A stretch of DNA of 64,000 bases from Octopus sinensis (Eukaryota), in the NCBI RefSeq assembly GCF_006345805.1, contig NC_043005.1, forward strand, positions 67,890,001-67,954,000, given 5' to 3'. The notes beneath the pieces are model-generated. The model was not told the DNA's origin. It did no database searches and saw nothing but the letters and a program-made list of their open reading frames with translations. Positions 24,801 to 36,717 of the stretch are shown here, piece by piece. The position numbers were made by a program, and so were the translations under genes. The first letter of the stretch is position 1, and each line of letters starts with the position of its first letter.

Positions 24801-26817
24801 TGGGGAAAGCCGGTTTATAGGATTATCTTAGGTTTCCTATCCAGAAAGGGTTTAGCTTTATGGCGTATCATCAGATCCCAAAACCTGTTAGACCAAGACC
24901 TCTTCAAAAATATGGAGAAGGAAATGACTCACTACTCAAAGGTAACAATTGGGGGTTATCTCCCTTGGCTATCGACTTCCAGCTATGCCACCATCTTGTG
25001 GGCTCCAAAAAACTAGCAAGAACCTCCTGAAATGTAAACATGGCCCGAAAATCTCCATTCTGGAGTTACAGATGTTCCCTGGTTCAAGTGACTCCTTTAG
25101 GATTCTCGCCCATTCAGCTATGCATAATCTGCAGCACTTTGTCCCATTGATGTAGGGGGCTGGGTTCTTGAGGATTTTCCTTGAGATTAAGTACGGAATC
25201 CCATTGTCTCTTAGTTGCCAGACACAGTTGGCCAGTGATGTTACATATCTCCTTTCTGGAACTCTGAAGGCGGACCTGTGGTTAGAGAGACATTGCTTGA
25301 AAGAGTTCCTGGAACATCCAATGTATCTCCGTGGGCCTGTATCTGCTGGAGGTGGTGATGATGGCGTCGGTAATGGTATCGCCACTGCCGGTTATAGTGA
25401 AGGCTCTGTTGTTGTTGATGAGGACCAATAGCAAAGGGAGATAATCCCCAGTTTTTACCACTGAGTAGTGAGGAATTTCCTCCTCCATATTTTGAAGAGG
25501 TCTTTGGCCAACAGGTTTTGGGATCTGATGACACGCCATAAAGCTAAACCCTTAATGGATAGGAAACCTAAGGTAATCCCATAAACTAGCGTTCCCCATT
25601 TTTAGTATACATATACACACACACACAAACACATGCACACACACACATGCACGTATATATATATTTCTTTATTGTCCACAGGAGGCTAAACATAGAGGGA
25701 ACAAACAAAGGGATTAAGTCAATTACATCGACCCTAGTGCGTAACTGGTACTTATTTAATCGATCCCGAAAGGATGAAAGCAAAGTCGACCTCAGCAGAA
25801 TTTGAACTCAGGACATAATGGCAGACAAAATACCACTAAGCATTTCGCCTGGCGTGCTAATGACTCTGCCAGCTCACCACCCTATACACACACACACAGT
25901 GAGAGAGAGACACTTAACTATCGTACTTATCAAAAACGTCCTTTATTGATAGATATATTATCAGTCTCAAATTGTCAGCTTTTGTCTCTGAGTGCTTTGA
26001 ACAACTCTTGTGATAAATATAGAATATCATCTAATTTTGTTATTTCCCTAAGGCAAGAATTTTCTTTGTTTTAATCAACAGACTTCTACTTCATGATTAA
26101 CAGGGGATTTTCACTTGAGTATTTCCCTTTCATCTTCTACTTGTTTCAGCCATTAGACTGCGGCCATGCTGGGGCACCACCTTAAAGAATTTTAGTCAAA
26201 CGAACCAACCACATTTTTTTTTTTATAAAGCCTTGCACTTATTTTACTGGTCTCTTTTGATGAACTGCTAAGTTACAGGAATGTAGATACACCAATACCA
26301 GCTGTCAAGCGGTGGTGGTAGTGGGGGACAAATACAGACACAAAGACATGCACACAGATGGGCTTCTTTCAGTTTCCATCTACCAAATTCACTCAAGGTT
26401 TTGGTCAATCTGTGGCTATAGTAAAAGACAGTTGCCCAAATTGCTATGCAGTGGGACTGAACCCAGAACCATGTAGTTGGGAAGCAAACATCTTACAACA
26501 CAGCCATACCTGTGCCTAAAATGTAATCAATGAGGATTAACTGTAGCTTTCTTTTATCATTTCTATTATTTCCAAGAATTGGTTGTTAACAGATGTTTAC
26601 AATTTACTCTTCTTTCTTTTACTTGTTTCAGTCATTTGACTGTGGCCATACTGGAGCACTGCCTTTAGTCAAGCAAATCAACCCCAGGACTTATTCTTTG
26701 GAAGCCTAGTACTTATTCTATCAGTCTCTTTTGCTGAACTGCTAAGTTACTGGGACGTAAACACACCAGCATCGGTTGTCAAGCGATGTTGGGGGGACAA
26801 ACATATATACACACACA

Positions 26818-26853
<36 letters not shown>

Positions 26854-26856
26854 TAT

Positions 26857-26909
<53 letters not shown>

Positions 26910-29448
26910 CAAAGCCTTCCTTTGATATTGCTGCACCTCTTATGTGTCCATAGCTTACACTGGGTACATCTTATAGAGTTTCTACTTATACCTTTTCTAC
27001 AGATTGAGCAGGGCCATCTACCTGAAGGGATTTGTGGTTTATCTGTTAATTCTTCACTGTACTCATTGCCATCCCTCACCTTACTGACAGCGTCCCTGTA
27101 CATGGCTTGCACAGCTCTCACTAACCATTCATCTATCCCTAGTTTCCTCATTGATCACCAGATGAGGGATCGGGGGACCCTGTCAAAGGCTTTCTCCATG
27201 TCAACGAAAGCCAGGTGCGGAGGTTTTTCTTTGGCTAGGTATTTCTCCTGCAGTTGTCTTACCAGAAATATAGCATCAGTGGTGCTTTTTCTTGGCATGA
27301 ACCCAAACTGCATCTCATCTAAACTGACTCTCTTCCTAATTAGTTGGGCTATGACCCTCTCCGTGACCTTCATTACCTGATCCAACAACTTGATATCTCT
27401 ATAGTTATTCATATCTAAAGCATCACCTTTACCTTTGTAGCAGTTGACTATGGTGCTGTGCTACACCAGTCATTGGGTATGACTCCTTCGTGTATCACCT
27501 GGTTAACTATATGGGTGTCTTGGCTATAGCCAACCCCGCCAGACATTTTGAGCATCTCTGTGGTGATTCCTGATGGGCCAGGGGGCTTTCCCTCTCTTCA
27601 TATTCTTAATTGCTTTATCTACCAAGGTACTGTCAATTCAGATAGATGGTCCCTCTGTTGGGTTGACATTCAGCAGACTCTCTCCTGTTCATTCTCTTTA
27701 TTGAGCAACCTTTTATAGTGGCATCTCCAAACCTCTCTCTTTGCAGCCTTGTTTAGTGCAAGTGAGCCATCATCCATGCGGACACATTTCTCTCCTACAA
27801 CATCACAAAATCATTCATGTGAACACATTTCTTTCCTACGACATCACGATTCTCTCTCACACACATCTTCCAACACGAAATACCTCAAGTCTTTGGTACT
27901 CATGGCACAGAACATTGGCAAATTTTTTCTCATCTGCTTCCCCTCTGGCTAAATAAACCTGTCTCCTAGCTTCCCTTTTGGCAGTCTGATACAATTCCCT
28001 GCTACCTCCGTTCTTCCAGTCCTTCCAAGCCTGTTTCTTTTTTCCAATAGCCCTGTCAACAACATTGTTCCACCACCACGTTATTTTGGGTCGAGAGGGG
28101 AGGGGGAAGAGACATATATTTATATATGTATATATATATATTTATATATGTATGTGTATATATATATATATACACACATACACGACCAGCTTCTTTCAGT
28201 TTCTGTGTACCAAATTCACTCACAAGGCTTTGATCGACCTGAATCTATTGTAGAAGACACACACTCATGGTGCCACACAGTGGGACTGAACTTGAAACCA
28301 TGTGGTTGGGAAGCAAGCTTCTTTTCACACTGAATTCAAATGTTGCCATGCTTGTCTTTGCCTTTTATTTATTCATTTATTTTATTATTTTTTTTTTGCT
28401 GTCTTAATAAAATAAGTACCAACCAACTACTGTGGTTGATGTAATCAAGTACATATTCTTCTCTACTCTTAGCACAAGGCCCAAAATTTTTGGGAAGGGT
28501 GCCAGTCAATTAGATCGATCCCGAAAGGATGAAAAGCAAAGTCGACCTCGGCAGAATTTGAACTCAGATCGTAAAGACAGACGAAATACCGCTAAGCATT
28601 TCACCCGGCATGCTAACATTTCTGCCAGCTCACTGCCTTAAATCAAGTACATATTTCTCCAGAAATGTGCGACCTTGTGCCCCTGTTAGATATTTTAATA
28701 GCTTATTCCTGCCATCCTCATTTTCACCATTTTCAAATGACTAATATTCTTTTTCTCTTACCACAGTGTTCTGGATTTGAGAAGACTGGATATGCAACAT
28801 ATTTGAACTGCACAAGACAATTTTCCAATGCGTATATCAGAAATATACAAAGCAACGACAAGATAACAGTAAGAACCTATAACTGAATGTTTCTTTTGAA
28901 TTTCAAATTTTACCTGTTCATTCATTTAACATCCATTTTTCCTTGCAAGTATTTGTTTGGGTAGGGACTTATTTGACAACGCATTTTATGGCCTTAACCC
29001 TTTTGGTACCAAGTTACAATTTTTGTTCCTAACACTCAATTATAACTAAGTTATTTTACTAAAAAATAATTCAAAGAAACACGGAGCATCTCAACAGAAA
29101 TATGGTAACAAAAGGGTTAATACCCTCCCTGTAACCAACCCATACCTGTTTTTCTGACATATTAAGCAAATGATCAAATAGTTAATTAGATATTTAAGTG
29201 ATGACTAACAATAAGGAAGTGATATTAAACCAATATATGTGTTGATTATTGTTGGTATAATGACCCTCACAAGACACGAGATTTTTTTCTATTCAGTTGC
29301 TTTTGGCGATATGCAAGGCGCTGGAATGTGATCTTACATACTTACAGACATATTAACACATACACACACAAGCAATCAAACATACATATACAAACGTATA
29401 TATGTGTATATGTATATGTTTGTGTATATATGTATATGTATATATATG

Positions 29449-29482
<34 letters not shown>

Positions 29483-30597
29483 TGTATATATATAATGTAT
29501 ATGTATATATGTATATGTATATATATATATGTATATGTATATATATATGTATATGTATATATATATATTATATGTATATATATATATGTATATGTATCTA
29601 TATATATGTATATGTATATATAATGTATATGTATATATATATGTATATGTATTATATATGTATATGTATATATATATATTATGTATATGTATATATATAT
29701 GTATGTATATGTATATATTATATGTATGTATATGTATATATATATGTATGTATATGTATATATATGTATGTATATGTATATATATATGTATGTATATGTA
29801 TATATATGTATGTATATGTATATATATATGTATGTATATGTTATATATATGTATGTATATTTGTAATGTATATGCATATGTTATATATATGTATGGTATA
29901 TGTATATATATATGTGTGTATATGTATATATATATGTGTGTGTATGTGTATATATATATGTATGTATATGTGTATATATATATGTATGTATATGTGTATA
30001 TATATATGTATGTATATGTGTATATATATATGTATATGTGTATATATATATGTATGTATATGTGTATATATATATATGTATGTATATGTGTATATATATA
30101 TATGTATGTATATGTATATATATATGTATATATATATGTATATATATGTGTATATATATGTATATATATGTGTATATATATATGTATGTATATGTATATA
30201 TATATGTATGTATATGTATATGTGTGTATATATATGTATATATATGTGTATATATTATGTATGTATATGTATATATATATGTATGTATATGTATATGTAT
30301 ATATATGATGTATATATATGTGGTATATATATAAGTATATATGTGTATATATATATGTATATATAATGTGTAATATATGTATGTATATGTATATATATAT
30401 GTATGTATAGGATGTATATATTATGTATGTATATGTGTATATATATGTGTATATATATGTATATAATATGTAATAGTTAGTGTATATATGTGTATATATA
30501 TGTGTATATATATGATATATATATGTATATATATATGTATGTATATATATATGTTATATATATGTTATGTATTGTATATGTTATATATATGTATATA

Positions 30598-30632
<35 letters not shown>

Positions 30633-33600
30633 ATATGTATATGTATATGTCTATATATGTATATGTATATATATGTATATATATATGTATATATATATAT
30701 ATGATTGATGATTGATTGATTGATTGATTCTAGTTTCAGCTTATGAGCTGTGGCCATGCTGGGGCACCGCCATTTGGTGTTGCTACTTGGTTTCACTTCA
30801 TGGAGGCTTTCTAGCAACTGCTATGGGTGCCATAGAGAGTTCGATGCAGCTGCCCTCATCTGCACCTCCTGCCGTGAAGTTGGTTCATCTGGGACACCTG
30901 ACAGGAAGAGATCCAGCTTCATTTTAAAGAATCTGTATCCACCCCATGCAGGTCTCTCATGTTCTTCGGGAGGATATTGAAGAGCTGTGGGCCTCGGAAG
31001 CCCAGGCTATCACAGAATCTTGTCCTACATCTTGATGGCAGGTTTGAGTCTTAGGCACCACGCAGTGGCGCCCAGTTCTGGCATTTGCGTAACTCTCGAT
31101 GCCAAAGTTCAGGACACTCCCTCCAGGATCTTCCAGATGTATTTATGGCATATCTTTCCCGCCTACGCTCCAGGGATATAATTTTAATCTCTTGAGTCTT
31201 TCCCAGTAGCTTACATTCTGCATAGAGGCTATCTTCTTTGTGTAGCTTCGTTGGATCGCCTCAAGTTCTGTGATCACTTGACACTGGATGGTGACCATAG
31301 CTGAGAGCAATAGTCAAAGTGGCTTAGGACAAGTGTCTTCCAGAGGACCATCATGGTTTCTTGTTCTCTTGTTCTAAAGGTTCTAAGAATCCATCCAGCC
31401 AGCCGTCTACATTTCATTGTCAGTTTAAGCAACTGTACATGAAAGGTCGCGTCATCACTCATGTGAATACCCAGGTCACGCACTGATTGTGCCTCTGGGA
31501 TTGCAATCCCTCCGGGTCCAGTGTATTCATTGGGTATTGCATTCAGTTTTGCATGCTGATAGTATAAAGCTTGAAACTTTCCAGCATTGAACTGCATGCT
31601 ATTCTTTTCAGCCCACTTGTATATTTCGTCCAGCTCACATTGCAGGTGTTTAGTGTCCTCAGGGTTCTGTATTGCCTGTGAAACTTTTGTATCATCTGCA
31701 TAACTTGTGATCGTGGCTCTCTGCGTGGCTGAGGGCATGTCTGAGAGGGCCATTATGAACAGTAGTGTCCCAGAACAGTGCCCTGCGGCACACCGCTCAC
31801 TATTTGTGTGTTAATGGAGTGGCCCCATTGGCTACTACCACCTGACTTCTATCCTTCAGAAAGTCATGAAGCCATTCTCCCAGTTTTCCAACTATTTGAG
31901 ATCACGCAGTTTGTGACATATCATTCCATGATCGACTTTATCAAAGGCCTTTGCAAAGTCGAGAGATATCACTTCCACATTTGAGTGGTTGAGCAGCCGT
32001 TTCAGCACCCAGTCATAATGTTGTAGGAGCTGAGTTAAACAGCTTCTCCCTGGTCGGAAACCATGTTGGGTGTCGGGCAGCAAGTCATTCTCTTCAAGGA
32101 AGGTGATCAGCTTCCTTCTGACTATTCGTTCCATGACCTTGCTGATGTGTGAGGTCAGAGAGATAGGTCTATAGTTCTTGGCTTCCGCTCTGCTACCTCC
32201 TTTATGAATGGGGCATATTTTACCTTCCTTCAGTTTTCCTGGAAGTTTGCCAGCTGCAAGGAAGCTCTGAAAGAGAACTGCAGTGGTCTTGCTAGGACTC
32301 TCTTACATGCTTTTAGGAGGATTGCCGGGAATCCATCGGGGCCAGTAGCTGAGTCTGTTTTCATTTCATCTATAGCCTTGGTTACATCGTCTTCCTTTAT
32401 ATCGATGTAATCTATCGTCGCCGCCTCTGATTTTATATCTGCAGTGGTAAAAAAGTCAGTTGGATTGGTGATTTGGAGATGCCCAAGGGGTGGAGTGAAA
32501 ACACTCTTGAATTGCTCATTCAGTATTTCACTTACCCTCATTGGTTTTCCTGTAAGTGTGCCATCCTTTCGAGGAGTGGCCCTATTCTACAGTGCACTGT
32601 AGCTGTTTCTTTGGCATACCTGTAGAAAGCTCTGGGGTTAGATTTTATTTTTTCTATAGCCCAGGCTTCTTTGTCTGCTCTTTCTTTTCATGGGAGAGTT
32701 GCAGACATTTTTCGATTTCCAACAGTTTTATTTTAGGCAGGACTTTTCACTGCTTTCAATCTGTTTGTTTTAGGCGATTTGAAAATTTCGTACGCCGTCT
32801 CATTAAATTTTCCTCTCTCTGGGGATTTTGTTCTTGTGAACAGTGGCCTTTCTCTCTGGGACACATTTGTAGCATATGGCTTGCATTACAGACATGAATT
32901 GTTGAAGTTTCACGTCGATGTCTGGCGAGGAGAGACATTCAGGCCAGTGTTGTTTGAGGATCTCTTTCTCAATTTGTTTCCAGTTTGCCTTATGGTAGTT
33001 CAAGCTGGAAAGATTTTGAGGGTTTCTTGTAGGCTGCATGTCCGTGCTCTCTTTTGGCCCGTACATGGTCAGCTCTATCATGTTGTGATCCGAGAGTAGT
33101 GTCGGTGTCACTTTCACATTATGGATGAGATCCATGTCATTTGTGAAGCAGAGATCCAGTGTGTTACCTGCCCTGGTTGGTTGGAGTATTACCTGCTCCA
33201 TGTACAGGGTGTTGATGAGGTTCAGGAGGGACCTCGCCTGTCCTCGTTCACATCTTGTCATTCCTGGGAGAGAAAGGCCCTCGGGCCATCTGACATTGGG
33301 CAGATTGAAGTCTCCCATAAGAAGCACACCTATGTGTTGTTCTAATGTGGTTAGAATTTCTTCTATTTTTTATAGGCAGTCTTCGAACTTGCCCACATGG
33401 CTTGGGGCATCTGGAGGGCGATATGTAGCACACACAACTACATCAAGTTGCCTAATATGTACAATTAGTGTGTCACACACCGAGTTTGAGTATGACAAGA
33501 GGACCTGGGGTGTGAGGTCCTCATGGATGTACATAGCAACACCTCCATGACTCCTTTCTTTCCTGTATATGTATATATATGTATATATATGTATATATAT

Positions 33601-35230
33601 ATATGTATATGTATATATATGTNNNNNNNNNNNNNNNNNNNNNNNNNNNNNNNNNNNNNNNNNNNNNNNNNNNNNNNNNNNNNNNNNNNNNNNNNNNNNN
33701 NNNNNNNNNNNNNNNNNNNNNNACTGCGTGGTCTCGGCATAGGCGGGAAACTTGGAGAGTGGCTGCACAAATTCCTAAGACAGAAGAAAACAGGCAGTTG
33801 TGAGCAATGGAGCCACTCCAGGGAAACGCAAATAACAAGCGGTGTCCCACAGGGCACTGTCTTGGGGCCACTGATGTTCATAGTGGCCCTTTCAGACATG
33901 CCTTCAGTTGCTACGATGACCACCCGCTAGCTATGCAGATGACACAAAAGTCTCCCACGCAATACAAAACCCTGAAAATATTGTGCATCTGCAACATGAG
34001 CTGGACACAATATACAGGTGGGCTGAGGACAACAACATGCAGTTTAATGCAGGTAAGTTCCAGGCCTGCGCTACTGGCACACCAAAGGTAAATGACGTGA
34101 AGACTGGATACACTGGCCCAGGAAGAATTGCAATCCCTGAGTCAAAATCAGTGCGTGACCTGGACATTGACATGAGCAATGATGCATCTTTCCAAATGCA
34201 TATTGCTAATCTGGTGATAAAATGCAGACGGCTAGCTGGATGGATTCTCCGAACTTTCAGAACAAGAGAGAAGGAGACACTGATGGTCCTATGGAAAACA
34301 TTTGTCCTCAGCCGCTTGGACTACTGCTCCAACTTTGGTCACCACACAATATAAAACAAACAGCAGAACTCGAAGCAAACAGAGAAGCTACAAAAAGAAA
34401 ATCGTCTCAATGCAAAATGTCAGCTACTGGGAAAGACTGAAGGTATTAAACCTCTTCTCCCTGGAGCGGAGGCGGGAGAGAGATATGCGAGTGATATACA
34501 TCTGGAAAATCCTGGAGGGTCTTGTCCCAACTTTGGCATTCAAGTTACTCCAACCGCAGAACGGGCGCTGCTGCGTGGTGCCAAGGATTCCAACATCACC
34601 ATCAAAATACAGGTCCAGATACTGCAACAGCTTGGGTTTCAGAGGACCACAGCTCTTTAACATCCTCCCTAAATGCCTGAGAGACTTACATGGTGTGGAT
34701 GTGGGTTCTTTAAAACTAAACTGGATCTCTTCTTGTTGGGAGTCCCAGATGAACCTACCTCACGACAGGAGACACGGATGCGGGCAGCAGCATCGAACTC
34801 CTTGTTGATCAAGTGCCACGTATCAGAGGTGGATTCACAAACTAGTGTAGCTCATTCAGCGGTGGTGCCCCAGCATGGCCGCGGCCTTCGGGCTAAAACA
34901 TTTTTAAGGATTTAAGGATTGTTTTAAGGATATGTATATGTATATATCTATATGTATGTATATAGTTGTATGTATTATGTATATGTATATATGTGTATGT
35001 ATATATGTATATGTATATATGTATATGTATATATTATATATGTATTATATAATATGTATATATGTATATGTATATATGTATATGTATATATGTATATGTA
35101 TATATGTATATGTATATATGATATGTATATATATATATGTGTAATATGTATATGTGTATATATGTATATGTATTATATATATATGTATATATATATGTAT
35201 AGATATATATGGGTATATATGTATAATTTA

Positions 35231-35262
<32 letters not shown>

Positions 35263-36677
35263 ATGTATATGTATATATATTATGTATATATATATGATAT
35301 ATATATATATATGGTATATGTATATATATATTGTATTATGTATATATGTATAGGTATTATGTATATGTATATGTATATATATTATGGTATATATATATGT
35401 GTATATGTATATATATATATATTATGTGTATATGTTATATATATATGTGTATATGTATATATATATATATGTGTATATGTATATGTATATATATATATAT
35501 GTGTATATAATATATATATATATGTGTATATGGATATATATATATATATGTGTGTATATGTTATTATATATAGATATGGGTATATGTATATATATATATA
35601 TATGTGTATATGTATATAATATATATATGTGTATGTATATTATATTATATGTGTATATATATATGTGTATATATATATGTGTATATATATATATGTGTAT
35701 ATATATATGTGTATATATGTATATGTGTATATATGTATATGTGTATATATGTATATGTGTATATATGTATATGTGTGTATATGTATATGTGTATATATGT
35801 ATATGTGTATATATGTATATGTATATGTGTATATATATGTATATGTATATATGTATATGTGTATATATGTATATGTGTATATATGTATATGTGTATATAT
35901 ATATATATGTGTATATATATATGTATATGTATGTGTATATGTATATATGTATATATATGTGTATATATATATGTATATGTGTATATATATATGTATATGT
36001 GTATATATATATGTATATGTATGTATATATGTATATGTATATATGTATATGTATATATGTATATGTATATATGTATGTGTATATGTGTATATATGTATAT
36101 GTATGTGTATATGTATATGTATATATGTATATGTATATATGTATGTGTATATGTATATATGTATGTGTGTATGTATATATGTATGTATGTATATATATAT
36201 GTATGTATGTATATATGTATGTATATATGTATGTATATATGTATATATGTATGTATATATGTATATGTATGTATATATGTATATGTATGTATATATGTAT
36301 ATGTATGTATATATGTATATGTATGTATATGTATATATATATGTATATATATATATCGAACATGGCCGTTGCCAGCACCACCCCAACTGGCCTCCGTGCC
36401 GGTGGCACGTAAAAAGCACCATCCGGTCGTGCCGTTTGCCAGCCTCGTCTGGCACCTGTGCACGTGGCACATAAAAAGCACCCACTACACTCTCGGAGTG
36501 GTTGGCGTTAGGAAGGGCATCCAGCTGTAGAAACACTGCCAGATCAGACTGGGCCTGGCGCAGCCTCCTGGCTTCCCAGACCCCAGTTGAACTGTCGAAC
36601 CCATGCTAGCATGGAAAACAGACGTTAAACGATGATGATGATGTATGTATATATATGTATATATATATATGTATGCG

Positions 36678-36717
<40 letters not shown>

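Larger units (their letters stand above)
24739..25610 (-). mobile_element. 5'-truncated Penelope-like element (GIY-YIG C-terminus) flanked by inverted pseudo-LTRs
   Basis: ORF 24969-25385: [13 protein letters not shown]...NHRSAF...CRLCIAE...[12 protein letters not shown]. Inverted repeats about 24787-24973 and 25428-25610. Pseudo-LTR is homologous to the element at 1-1382. Confidence 0.9.

Noticed and set aside
29353-30715. Long ORFs (up to 320 aa) rich in Y, I, M, C, V
   Set aside because: Translations of the TA/TG microsatellite array; these repeats lack stop codons in several frames by composition.
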